Below are positions 51,242 through 63,470 of a stretch of DNA of 64,000 nt, one piece after another; position 1 is the first letter of the stretch, and every line of letters begins with the position of its first letter. The DNA is from Felis catus (lineage: Eukaryota): NCBI RefSeq assembly GCF_018350175.1, contig NC_058368.1:93994001-94058000 (forward strand), given 5' to 3'. The translations under genes and the position numbers were made by a program. Below the pieces are notes generated by a model, which did no database searches, was not told the origin of the DNA, and was given only the letters and a program-made list of their open reading frames with translations.

Positions 51242-52200
51242 AGTGGCCTGCAAACTAAGATGTGTATCCCCCAGGGAATTTTCGAGGGCTAGGTACACAC
51301 TTAGATCGTTTTAAGCCCACATATTTCAAGAATCTTCAACTTGCATCTATTGTGTCCTGAAGCTGACTTACTGGTGAGGGAATGCGGTCAAGGGGTCTCT
51401 CTGTTTCATTTCTGAACTGCGTCAGAATAGCCACATATTTTCCACATTGCAAAAGAAAGGGCATAACTCTCACTGACTGAGATCCCTTAAAAGGTACACT
51501 ATTCCAGGGTGTAGAAACTTCAGGGAATCTCTGTCAGTTTTTTATCATTTTCAAATACCGGGCTGTATTGTGAAAGTGTATACTTCTAATTGGCTGTGTA
51601 ATGAATTCTTTCGCAAGTCAGATGATTTCCAAATAATTGCTTTCAATAAAGTATGAACTTAAGATCACTAAATGAGGTTATAAATTAGAAGGAGTTCAAA
51701 GAACTGAAAAGTTCAAAACACCTTCTAACCCATCTACTTATTACTGGCAAAAACATTCTTAGGGGGCTCCTAGGTGGTTCAGTCGCTTGAGTGTGTGACT
51801 CTTGATTTCGGCGCAGGTCACGATCCCAGGGTGCAGGGCTCCAGCCCTGCTTCAGGCTCCATGCTGAGTGTGGAGCCTGCTTAAGATTCTCTCCCTCCAC
51901 GCCCCCCTCTCTGCCCCTCTCCCCCATTTGTGCTCTCTCTGTCTCTAAAATTAAAAAAAAAAAAAAAGAGGAGAAGAAGAAGGAGAAGAAGAGGAGGAGG
52001 AGAGAAGAAATACATGAAATTAGGATATAATCCTGAGGGGTGAGAATGTGGAATGGACTTATAAGTGTGAAGAGAAAACTAAATTAAGTAAAATATACTA
52101 TAGATAAAGAAGAGTTTTTCTGTATCTTTTTAAAATGGTGGATAATAGGCATAATCACTATAATCGCCATGTGTTTAGATTTTTTTTGGAATAAAAGAGT
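51242..52200. mobile_element. Possible hAT-Charlie-family DNA transposon relic, split by a SINE
   Basis: cagtggcctgcaaact...tgtatccccc terminus resembles Charlie elements. The extent is uncertain. Confidence 0.35.
51761..51968 (+). mobile_element. CAN-SINE followed by a (GAA/GGA)n tract
   Basis: SINE head to A tail. Confidence 0.88.
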
Positions 52201-52209
52201 GTGTCATTT

Positions 52210-52333
52210 TATGTATTTATTTTTAATGTTTACTTATTTTTGAGAGAGAGAGCACAAGCGAGGGAGGGGCAGAGAGAAGAGAGAACCGTGAGATCATGAC
52301 CTGCTCGGAAATCAAGAGTAGGACACTTAACCG
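52210..52333 (-). mobile_element. Internally deleted CAN-SINE
   Basis: Tail and head present, middle missing. Confidence 0.8.
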
Positions 52334-53432
52334 ATCGAGGTACCCAGGCACCCGTCATGTCAATAGTTATTGAATCCTATTGTGTACTATGTGAGATGCT
52401 AAATGAATATATGATCCCTGCTTTCAAAGAATTCATGGTCTGTGGGAGAAATGTAGCTATAAACAGATCAGAGTGAAATATGTATATAAACAACCACAAG
52501 GACCCAAAGGATGGAGCTGCCAAGTCTCCTTGGGCGAGTCTGGGAAGGAGGTGTGGTTAAACTGGATCCTAAAGAATGAGTGGGAGTAGGCTCAGCCAAA
52601 AGGCAGTGGGAGAAGGGAGGGAGCCCTATGGAGAAAGCAGGGAGCTGCCAGAACACAGGCAGATGGCCCCTTCCTTCTTCCCCACTTGCCCCCCAGACAC
52701 AGGCTGGCACCCTAGGCAACCTTCTGAATTTGCAAATTCTCCATACCCCTCCCTCAAAATGCATCATAAGCCACCATTGCCTGTTTGTGCAACTCACCCG
52801 GCGTTCACATTCTGTCAGTCAGCCGCTCTCTTGGAGATTTTAGGAGGGGTGGGACTGGTGGAAGTAATCTACATAGAGCAAGAACACATTCTTGGGGTAC
52901 TCCCATTATACAAAGGAAACTTGTGAGCTCAAAAGCATCTCAAAATCATACAAGTATGCAGAAGAGAATTCTTTTAGCCGGGAGATTTCCAGATCCTCCC
53001 ACTGTGTATTTTTTCGGTCTAGCCTCTCTTTACTTCCCTGAACAATGCAAAGGAGAAGGCAGCAACTCGGTCACCAAATTCTGATCATTTTCTCTTGGCA
53101 CAGTCTCCCTCGCTGGTATGGTGCCATCATTTTACTCATCACCTTATCACAAGTCAGAAATCTTGGGTCATTGTAAAAGTATCTGTTTCTTTCCTTTGTT
53201 ATCCCATTTCCTGAACTTGTCAGGGCCCCGACCCTTAGCTGTCTAGGAGCAAGAGATGAGAAAGATTCTGAAGATTCTTAAGAACTGGCTTCCACCCACT
53301 GACAGTCTCCCCCTGTACATCCCAAACCAGCCCACCCAGATAACGTACAGCAATTCTGGCACAGAAACCGATATTTCTCAAAATGCTGAGGATGTAATTG
53401 GTAACTCCGAGCAGGAAATCTGTTCTGAGGAT

Positions 53433-53659
53433 CTTTTCTTTTTTAAATTTTTTAAAATGTTTATTTATTTTGAGAGAGAAAGAGACAGAGTGTGAGGGAG
53501 GAAGGGGCAGAGAGAGAGGGAGACACAAAATCCAAAGCAGGCTTCAGGCTCAGAGCTGTTAGCACAGAGCCCGATGAGGGGCTCAGACTCACAAAGACCA
53601 TGAGATCGTGACCTGAGTCGAAGTCGGATGCTTAAGCGACTGAGTTACCCAGGTGTCCC
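53433..53659 (-). mobile_element. CAN-SINE
   Basis: TSD ttctgaggatcttt. Confidence 0.92.
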
Positions 53660-54202
53660 TCTTCTGAGGATCTTTAATAGCTTACAGGAGTCTCCCAGGT
53701 GTGGACAGATAAAGTGGCCAGAGTCACCCCAGATATGAGGCCACCTCTGAGAAGCACAGTCCTGTCGGCATATCAAGGGCTGCTGGACATCATCCCTATG
53801 TGTTCATGACCTTCAGTGTCAGCCCTTCTTCCTGTCCTGACCTCTGTCCCTGTCCCTGACTGGCTGCCCATGCCTGTGTGGGTGGCCATTGATCAACCAG
53901 GATAATAGCTGCAACTCACCAGTAATTCATTGACCTCAGCCCCTGTCTGTCTGACGAGTCCAGCAATTATCCACCCTGAGCATTTATCCATCTTATCCCT
54001 CTCTTTTTAGAGTCTGACATTTTAATTTCTTTTGAATATTTGAATATGCCACTTTCTACAAGCCAGGAAACAGAATTAAACTAAGGCAGACTGGTCCTCC
54101 AGGGGATCCGGGCTGAGTCTTGCGAACTTCAGCAGTGACATCGTAATACAAGGTGCTAACAACGGGCTTTTATCATCTCTAAATAATAACCACTTATCCA
54201 TA

Positions 54203-54433
54203 TTTAAAATTTTTTTTAACGTTTATTTATTATTGAAAGACAGAGAGAGTCAGAGGAGGGGAGCAGGGGAGGGGCAGAGGGAGAGAGGACACAGAATCTG
54301 AAGCAGGCTCCAGGCTCTGAGCTGTCAGCATACAGCCCAATGCGAGGCTTGAACCCAAGCATGAACCGAATTGTGAGATCATGACCTGAGCCGAAATCGG
54401 ACGCTTAACCGACTGAGCCACCCAGGCGCCCCT
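54203..54433 (-). mobile_element. CAN-SINE
   Basis: Reverse SINE. Confidence 0.92.
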
Positions 54434-54637
54434 ATGTTTTTTTTTTTCCTTAGGAAATGGCCATAAGTTCAGTCCTTAAAGTCATGATATACAGAACACC
54501 TTGATCTACAAAGAACAAAATGACCCAAATTATATGCTGGCCTACTTACTGGTGGGCCACAGCAAAGCTGTCCAAGGAATGGTGAACAGACAGTGTTTAC
54601 CTATTGGAAACTTTACTCTGAGGTTTAAAAAAGTCCT

Positions 54638-54832
54638 GGGGGCACCTGAGTGGCTCAGTAGGTTAAGCATCTGACTCTTGATTTCTGCTCAGGTCATGAT
54701 CTCACAGTTTGTGGCAGTGAGCCCCATTTTGGGCTCTGTGCTGACAGTGTGGAACCTGATTGGGATTCTCTCTCTCCGTCTCTCTTAGCCCCTACCCCAC
54801 TCTCTCTCTCACACAAAATAAATAAACAAACA
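54638..54832 (+). mobile_element. CAN-SINE (1 of 3 in an array)
   Basis: SINE head to tail. Confidence 0.9.
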
Positions 54833-54858
54833 TTTTTTTTTTAATTCTTAAAAAAAAT

Positions 54859-55064
54859 TGGGGCGCCTGGGTTGCTGTCAGTTAAGCATCCGACTTCAGC
54901 TCAGGTCATGATCTTGTGGTTCATGAGTTCAAGCCCCACTTCGGTCTCTGTGCTGACAGCCCAGAGCCTGGAGCCTGCTTCAGATTCCGTCTCTCTCCCT
55001 CTCTCTGTCCCTCTCCCACTCTCTCTCTGTGTCTCTCTCTCCAAAAAAAATTTAAAACATTAAA
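54859..55064 (+). mobile_element. CAN-SINE (2 of 3)
   Basis: SINE head to tail. Confidence 0.9.
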
Positions 55065-55079
55065 ATTTTTTTAAATTCT

Positions 55080-55298
55080 GGGGTGCTGGGTGGCTCAGTT
55101 GGGTAAGTGTCCGACCTCGGCTCGGGTCATGATCTCGTGGTTCGTGGGTTTGAGCCCAGCATCAGGCTCTGTGCTGACAGCTCAGAGCCTGGAGCCTGCT
55201 TCGGATTCTGTGTCTCCCTCTCTCTCTGCTCCCTCCCCACTCACGCTCTGTCTCTATCTCTCTCTGTCTCTCTCTCAAAGGTAAATAAACATTAAAAA
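55080..55298 (+). mobile_element. CAN-SINE (3 of 3)
   Basis: SINE head to tail. Confidence 0.9.
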
Positions 55299-56269
55299 AA
55301 TTAATTTTTTAATTCTTAGAAAAATAAATGAAATAAAAATTTTAAAAAGTTGCTGATTGCTGTTAATAAGAGAGCAGGTAAAAAACATCTTACAGATGCC
55401 CCCATGCTGACACTCGATTTTGCCCAGGTCCTCCATCGGAACACAAAGTTAGAGGTGAATGCAGAGGTTAAGATACTCTGACATTTTCGAAATAAATTAC
55501 TAGGAATATGAAGTTTGACATACTGAATTCTTCCATTTGCTACTAGGACAAACTGACTATAAGGACTGTGTAAAAGAAAGGCTCAACTCTAAAAAGGATG
55601 GTAGCAGTTTCCTCTATTTTCCACTTTCCACTACAGATTTACCTCCTGCTTTCCCATACCACTAACTCTGCTACTCTTCCAAGATACATATTCATGTGGA
55701 AAAATTTCTCAGCTTTTGCCAGGGCCAGGAGATGAAAAATACAGCATGTCCTAATAATGAGTTGATTTGTAATTATAAGCCCAGTTCACATCTGGAGGAT
55801 GGACCTATAAAATCTGGCCATTCTTTTGTTTAACATCTTCAAATGGTAGAACTCCTTAGCCCTTTGCCACAGTTTCTGCTCAATATCTTAAAGCTGGGCT
55901 CAGTCCCATCTGTGACTCTTCTCTGCAGGATTGAAGATGGGTGCTAGTCCTCAAAATCTGGAATGTCATCCTAGGGATAACCCCGGTAGCTTCTGGATGC
56001 ATAGTAGGCAACGCACAGGTGGTAAAATCCTGGCAGGAACACCAAGATACCACTGATGTGAACAGCAATGCTGAGTCTGCCCCTCTTTGTTGATCTAGCG
56101 GGCCAGCAGGAGGGATCTCACAATCTCATGATTATGAGAAAGGCGTCAATCAAACATAGCACTGTAGCAAGAGCAATGGACTTATACGGGATCTTAGGAG
56201 GATTTTTCTTTTTTACTTTTTTTTTTATAATGTTCTTTTATGGTTAGTCCTTTTGTTTCTTTTTTTTAC

Positions 56270-56505
56270 ATTTATTTTTATTTTTTAAGTCTATTTATTT
56301 TGAGAGAGAGACTCAGTATGAGTCGTAGAGGAGCAGAGAGGACAGGGGAGAGAGAGAGAGAGAGGGAGAGAGGATGAATCCTAAGCAGGCTCCATGCAGT
56401 CAGCACAGAGCCTGATGCGGGGCTTGAATCCACAAATTGTGAGATCATGACCTGAGTCAAAATGAAGAGTCAGACGCTCAACCAACTGAGCCATCCGGGT
56501 GTCCC
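56270..56505 (-). mobile_element. CAN-SINE
   Basis: Reverse SINE with an extended T-rich tail. Confidence 0.9.
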
Positions 56506-56934
56506 AGGAGGGCTTTACTTAAAATGAAGGTCAATGTCGCCATCGTCTTTGCTGGAGAGCCTTGAGTATTTCACTTTACTATTGGGGATTCCAGCATCCA
56601 GGTCGGTACGAGACAGCGTCCTAACACGCTGACACAGGTACGGCTAGGGCACTGTACCGGGGCCTGTGTGCTGACAGCTCGCTCACCAATGGCAGCAGAG
56701 GTGCCTGGGGCCTCTGGCGTGCTTTACCTGACTGCTACGCCACCCCACCCCGCTCATTTTTATCAATTATTGCACAATCTGCTGACCACATCTCTCCCAA
56801 ACTCTTTATGGCCACCTCCAGGCCATCACGAGTGAGCCCAACAGTAGAAGATTTCATCCAATTGCCGTAAGATGAGAAATCCATTTCCACTTGCTGCAGC
56901 AGAAAGGCCTCTACATTATTGTTTCTTAGAATAG

Positions 56935-57102
56935 GGTGCCCAGATCTTAAGAATACGGACCACCTAGGAAAGTTATTTAAAAGGAAGATTCCTGGACCAC
57001 ATCCTCAGAAATTCAGATTCACTAGTTTCGACGAGAAACCCAAGCATCTCCATTTTTAACAAATCCTAGAGATGATGCTTACATCCACGAAGTTTGAGAA
57101 CT
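56935..57102. mobile_element. MER5-like hAT-Charlie element
   Basis: agattcctggaccac...cagattca...catttttaacaaa...gatg...agtttgagaac. Confidence 0.65.
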
Positions 57103-57688
57103 TGGTCTTATGGGCTCTCGTCCTCCAACTTTGGAAAGAGAATGTGACATCCCCGGTGTGCCTCCCAGCCCTGTTTACCTTAGCATTACCTTAGCGTCTG
57201 CTCAGTAGGACTCATTGGACAGAAAAATCCAAGACAGCTATTAGCTGAGAGTGAATTCAGCCCGGGCCCAACGATGTGGCTATATGACTGACAGATGACC
57301 CCACCGATGCTGTAAGAATTGCATATTGGGGGATTTACCAGCCTGGTTGACAGCCTGATAAGCCACACCTTCAGTGAGAAACCCTGGTGTTGAATTCTGT
57401 CACTGCCCAGACTGATGTCAGATAGGCCAGGTTCTTGTCAGTTGCAAACACATGTGACTCCACCCAAAGTCTCAGGAGCCACACTTGATTAGAGGGAGGA
57501 GTCAGAGCACTGCTAATCCAGTAGTCCACGTCCGTCCCCTATGGCCACCCCACCCTGGGTCTAGGGCACTCCTACCCCCTCTCCCAGCCCTGGGAACAAA
57601 GCTAGCCTCAAGAGTGCCAAGTAAAATTCAACTTCTGTTTTTACTGAGAGCAAGCAGGACATGATGCTGAAAACAACAGCTCAGAACC

Positions 57689-57788
57689 ATTGGGATTCTC
57701 TCTCTCCCTCTCTCTCTGCCCCTCCCCCACTCGTGCTTTCTCTCCCTCTCTCTCTCTCAAAATAAATAAATACACTTAAAAAAAAAAA
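57689..57788 (+). mobile_element. 5'-truncated CAN-SINE
   Basis: Only tgggattctctctct...aaaataaataaa remains. Confidence 0.8.
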
Positions 57789-58429
57789 TATGCCTTCTGG
57801 ATTAGTGAGTGGGAAAAAACAACAACAACAACAACAAAACATTTGTCCACATTCCACTTTCCTCTCAAACGACAACAAGCAAAGGCAAGCACTTACCCAA
57901 ACTCAATCCCAGTGTATCTATTCAGTAGGTTCTGGTGCTGGGATCCCACACCATTCCTGCTCAGAAGAGCCCTAGCCTGTTAAAACCACCTCGTGGGACC
58001 TTAGAACAGACAACCGTGTTCAGGGTGTGTTCTTTTGGTGACACCACCGGCCTGGGTCCCTTAGTGACGGTAATGTAACTTCCCTCTGAGTCTATTTCTA
58101 CGTGAGGCTCCAAGCTGAACTGCCGGCAGGAAGACTCAGCCTCTGCCCTTAGTTCCCAGACCAAATGTCGTCATTTGCCTACTTATCAGAAGAGGGGGAG
58201 TCCCCACCTCGAGGAAGGGATGTGTGAGCTGAGACCTGAAGGAGGCGTGGAAGTTCTAGCTGCATGTAGAGGACGGAGAAGAGGTTCCAGGCGTATGGAA
58301 CCAGGCATTTGTGCCTCCGTTTCCTCTGTTGCTGATTAGTGCTATGATTTGCTGCGGCTGCCGTGAGCATTCATTTATTGTTTCTCTGTGTAAGGGGCTG
58401 TGTAGAAAAGCTTCAGGCTTGTTGCTTTA

Positions 58430-58590
58430 TTTGATTTTCCTAACATTGCAAGGACTGTGACACAAATGGGAAAACTGAGGCATGGGGAGGTGGGGTAACT
58501 TGAACAAAATCACATGGGCAATCAGAGGCAAGTGGAATTGATATCTGGACAATCTGCCTCCAGAACTCAAGATCTTAACCATGGTGTTAC
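58430..58590 (-). mobile_element. MIR
   Basis: acaaatgggaaaactgaggc...gtaacttg...tctgcctccaga...tcttaacca. Confidence 0.7.
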
Positions 58591-58904
58591 ATTGCCCCCT
58601 CAGTTAATGTCCTCAGTCACAGGGGTTTTCTCCCCAAGTTACCACTGTCCCCCTAGGTCCTCAGGTCCTGGGCTTCCCCCTTTCCTCTCTCTGGGACCTG
58701 CCCCTCTGCCACTCTCACACCAGTGAGAATGTGCCTGCCCTCTTGGTCCTGCTCATGCTGACCCTGTGCCAGCCTCTCTGTTATGTGAACCATTGCGTCC
58801 CTCCTGCTACCTCTTTTGTTTTGTGCTCAAGCTAACTTGAGTAGCGTCTCATTCATTTGCTACTGAAAGATTTTTTTGAAATATAGCAACAAATAAACAT
58901 AATA

Positions 58905-59657
58905 CAGTAAAACCCTGGTTTGCAAGCATCATTCGTTCCAGAAATATGCTTCTAATCCAAAGCACTTGTATATCAAAGTGAATTTCCCCATAAGAAATAA
59001 TGGGAACTCAGATGATTCATTCCACAACCCAAAAAAATTCATATGAAAGTGATTACAATACTGTGATATAATACAAAAGAATAAAGAAAATACAAAATAC
59101 AAAGAAAAATAAACAAATTAACCTGTAATTACCTTTGAAAACCTTCGTGGCTGTTATGAGGGAGACAAGAGAGAGGAGGGTTATTACGTAGGAAGACTTT
59201 CACTATCCCTAATGGAATCATTACTATCTATTGGCTCAATGGAATCTTTTTCTCTTCGTGCAACTTTAACAAGGAACCTGTCCAATGACCTAGAATGAAG
59301 CAAAGCATTCCTGAGCTTGCTCTTGTATGGAAAAGCAAAGGACTGTCCATAGGTGCTTTGAAGTGACAAAAAATACACTAGGGCCAGTTGTGGGCACCTT
59401 CCAGCCTTCTGAAAAATCACTGATTTCTGCCAAACACTGTGGCCTGAGACGGAGCATCCGAGGATGAGAGACGATCACCCACAATGCCACAGTGAGAGAG
59501 AGAGAGAACCATTGGCTCACTTGTGATCACGTGATATTCGGCATCATCTACTACTCATATTGCAAGATATCGCTCATTTATCAGGTTCAAATTTATTAGA
59601 AATGTTTGCTCGTCTTGCAGAACCCTCACAGAACAAGTTACTCCCAGTCTTTTACTG
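58905..59657. mobile_element. Non-autonomous Tc1/mariner-pogo (Tigger-like) DNA transposon, 753 bp
   Basis: TA target duplications at 58903-58904 and 59658-59659; terminal CAGTAAAA...TTTTACTG inverted repeat. Confidence 0.75.
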
Positions 59658-59689
59658 TATGTGAAAACAGAGATACACATAAGGAAGGA

Positions 59690-60680
59690 GAAACACAGGA
59701 TGTCTTTGAACAAGCATGACAGGGGCCTGACCTATTCTTGGGGGACAGGGCGGGCTGCTCTGAGGAAATGACATTTGACGAGAAAGCTGGAGGCAGGACA
59801 GCTAACGAGGGGGAGTGAGCAGAGCAGGAAGAAAGGGTGGTCTGGGTAGAAGTACACTCATTTATTAAGGTCCTGTTGCAAGGGGGAAAAAAAAGGAAAA
59901 GAACTCAAGGCACTCATGAAGGTGAAAGAAAGCCAACATGAGTGCAATGCAGTGGAGGAGACAGTCTGACCAGATAAGCTTCAAGGGGAGTCAAGGCCAG
60001 ACCACCGTCCACCTCTCTCTGCTCTCAGGGGGTGTCCAGACTTGGGACGGACGCCAAGTAGCTTCCACTCGGCAGAGAGTCAACCTGGTGACGAATGTGA
60101 CAGTGGTGCTTCCCGGGATGGTCTCGTTAACCCTCCCAGACCGGGGCGTTCATCTCCTAATTGGTCTCCCTACAACTGCTCTTGCCTCCTTCAGTTCACG
60201 GTCCACTCCGCTGCCCAGAGAGGCAGGCATGGCTATCCTGCTGCTCCTCTACTCTCAGGGCTTCTCGCTGCCCTTAGGGAGAAGGCTACGGATGTTAATA
60301 TGGTTTACAAGGCCTCCACCCGCCCCACATCCTTGGTTCTTACCGTTCTCCTCCTCCGCGTCTTCCTCCCTGCCATCTTGGGTGTGCGACCCTGCCTCTC
60401 TGCCACGCTCTTGCTCAGCACTTGGCTTCAGGCCTCACACACAATCCTTTCCCAGTGGAAGCCTGCCTCACCACGCTGCCTTTAGGCCTCTTAAATGTCC
60501 TTTGTACTTTCTCCAACTTGAAAGACTAATTTGGAGCATGTAGCCCCCATTCCTCACTGTTGTCACGCCTTCCGTTACTGTCGGCTAATCTGTGAGTTCC
60601 ATGGGCCTGTGCCCCATCGCTATCTGTTACCTGGTGCCAAGCAGTAACACCAGGAACACAGGATATGTGTGATAACAAAT
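59690..60680. mobile_element. Degenerate L2 fragments
   Basis: ctctgaggaaatgacatttga (reverse L2), followed by ctcctaattggtctccct...gtccactc...catggtttacaaggcc-like forward L2 text. Confidence 0.5.
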
Positions 60681-60827
60681 TGCCCAGTTTCCCTTGTTAT
60701 TCTGCGGGCTCTGGGAGGTGGAGGGGAGAGGAAGTTAGAGAAAGAATTTCTAGACCAGTGTCTTTGTAACAATAGTGTTGTTCATGGAGTCCAGCTTCTC
60801 ACCATCAACAAGAAGTTGCATGAATCA

Positions 60828-61043
60828 GTGCCTGGGTGGCTCAGTTGGTTGAGAGTCTGACTCTTGATTTTGGCTCAGGTCGTGACCTCACGGTTGGTGA
60901 GTTCGAGTCCTGTGTCGGGCTCTGCTATGGGAGCTCGGAGCCTGCTTGGGATTCTCTCTCTCCTGCTCTGTCTCTCTCTCTCTGCCCCTCCCCTGACCAC
61001 ACGCACCCCCACCTCAAAATAAATAAATAAAGTTTAAAAAAAA
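60828..61043 (+). mobile_element. CAN-SINE (first of a pair)
   Basis: The pair is enclosed by aagaa(g/t)ttgcatgaat. Confidence 0.9.
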
Positions 61044-61045
61044 GA

Positions 61046-61237
61046 GGGGTGCCTGGGTGGCTTAGTCAGTTAAGCATCCAACTTTGGTTCAAGTCATGAT
61101 CTCAGCTTGTGGGTTCGAGACCCTGCATCGGGCTCTCTGCTTTCAGCAGAGTCCACTTCAGATCATCTGTACCCCTCTTTCTGTGCCCCTCACTCACACT
61201 CTTTCTCACTCTCAAAAATAAATAAACATAAAAAAAG
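61046..61237 (+). mobile_element. CAN-SINE (second of the pair)
   Basis: Begins in the A tail of the first SINE. Confidence 0.9.
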
Positions 61238-61589
61238 AATTTGCATGAATGGAGAATTTTAAGAATGACTTCTTCTGAAGTCAACATAGGTCATCTCTAG
61301 AAGGCCTTCTAAAATTCAGCACTGTCCTTGCCTCCAGGCCCTAACTGTGTCCCTGCCACATTTTTCCAATGTTCTTATGGCTACTAAGTTTGGGAAGTTA
61401 GCACACCTGCTGGACATCAGGAGCACATGCTTTGCAGGCAGGCAATCCAGTTCAACAGCATGTATTGCCTGTACTGGGTGCAAAATAAGACAGAGGCCCT
61501 CTTCTCGTGACCTGACAGTCTGGGATGGGTGACAGACACATACACAGATGATTTGAATTTAACGGAGAAGCTATGGGAAAAGTATACAG

Positions 61590-61760
61590 AGACAACCATC
61601 CCAAATCAAACAGCAACCTCTCTCGGAGCCTCAGTTTCCTCAACTGTACAATGGGTCCGAAGGTCCCACTGCCAAAGGATTGCTTTGAAAACTGAATGAG
61701 ATGCAAAACACAACGTTTTGCACACAGGAGAGACACAATAAATAGCATCCATTCGATTAT
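61590..61760 (+). mobile_element. MIR
   Basis: aacctctctcggagcctcagtttcctcaactgtacaatggg core. Confidence 0.75.
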
Positions 61761-62449
61761 CTACTGAGGCCAGACCCAGAGTTCCTGTTCTGTCTGTGTT
61801 GGCTAAATATGTGTGCGTCTCCAGCCACACACTGAAACTTCACAGAGCCTTACGCACTGTCCTAACTGCAACAATCACCCACTCTAATACTTGTCTCTGT
61901 TCACAGGACAGACTGGACCAGAAATGATGGTTATGTTAACACCAGTCCACGACTGCTACTCAAGAGATGCTTCAGAGAACATTCTGTGCTGACCTTGGAC
62001 CCAGACCATTGTTTCAACAAGCGAAGAACGAAATGTCCACATTATCGCTGTAACTTCTCCCCCATCCTGGCCTCACTCTGTCCACTAGTTCACGTTCTGC
62101 TTTATTGCTATCTCTGGGCTGCTGTTTCAATGCCATTAACCCGTCTACTTCCTCTGTTTAGGAATCTCAAAGATTCCCTCTGAATCAGAATCAGACTCAT
62201 AATTAAGTTCTAGGTTTCATTTACTAGGTGCTCCTTACCTTTACTCTGCTCCAAATCATGAGACTAACGATCTTCTCTCTTTTTTGCCCAAAGTTCTCGG
62301 GACTTTGTCCAAGGGTCCCGCTCAAGGCAGCTTTGCATGGAAGTGGTCTCCAACCTCACAGGTTTTAAATTAATGCCTTCCATGTACTAGACGCTGTGCC
62401 TAGTTCAGGTCTTGGTGACTTCTTTTATATTAAGAAGTTAACTACCTAA

Positions 62450-62665
62450 GGGCATCTGGGTGGCTCAGTGGGTCAAGTGTCAGACCTCGGCTCAGGTTGC
62501 GATCTTGCAGTTCATGAGTTCAAGCCCTGCATCAGGTTCTGTGATGACAGCTTGGAGCCGGGAGCCTAGAGCCTGCTTCGGATTCTGTGTCTCCCTCTCT
62601 CTCTGCCCCTCTCCTGCTCACACTCTGTCTTTCTCTCAAAAACAAGCATAAAAAAAAAAAAAAAA
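62450..62665 (+). mobile_element. CAN-SINE
   Basis: TSD gttaactacc. Confidence 0.92.
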
Positions 62666-62702
62666 TGTTAACTACCCAAATGCAAATGAGATTCATTTGG
62701 CC

Positions 62703-62889
62703 TTTTCTTTTTTTAATGTTTATATTTTGAGAGAGAGAATGTGTAAATTGGGGCAGAGAGAGGGGTACAGAAGATCTGGGCACTGTGCTGACAGCAGACA
62801 GCCCAATGCGGGGCTCGAACCCATGAACCATGAGATCATGACCGGAGCCAAAGTCAGACGCTTGACCGACTGAGCCACCCAGGCACCCA
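62703..62889 (-). mobile_element. CAN-SINE
   Basis: Reverse SINE; flanking ttggc(c/t)tttt. Confidence 0.9.
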
Positions 62890-63262
62890 CAGTTGGCTTT
62901 TTTTTACTGATGGGATTTGACTGTTCTTGAGAAATCTTGGGTTAAGGAAATGCAAGTGAACTTTGTTTAAAGCATTTATTGTAATCTTTTTTTCTAAGTT
63001 CTTTGATTTCCTCATCTTTCATTATTGAGATAATCATCTATCTAATGACCATCCCCAATGGATGCTCCTTTGGACATCCAAAGTATCCAGTGGATACTTC
63101 AAAAAGTTATCATCTTAGGAGTGTGAGCTCACTGCTGGGGGAATGACTCAGAATCTGACACGTGGTGGTTAATAACCCTGTGCTTAAAAAACTGGGATAC
63201 CATCATTCTATTCGCTCTATAAACATTTGGGTTGTATTATGTTTATCACTGTATCTGTGTTC

Positions 63263-63470
63263 TTTTTAAAATTTTTTTTAATATTTATTTATTTTTGAGA
63301 GAGAGTCAGAGCATGAGTGGGGAGGGGGCAGAGAGAGAGGGAGATCTGAAGCAGGTCCCAGGCTCTGAGCTGTCAGCACAGAGTCTGACGCGGGGCCTGA
63401 ACTCACAAACCTCGAGATCGTGACCTAAGCTGAAGTCAGACATTAATCGACTGAGCTTCCCAGGTGCCCC
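63263..63470 (-). mobile_element. CAN-SINE
   Basis: Reverse SINE. Confidence 0.9.

Noticed and set aside
59938..60543. 201-aa plus-strand ORF and the overlapping 147-aa ORF
   Set aside because: They lie in L2-like degenerate sequence, with no recognisable domain or splice/promoter support.
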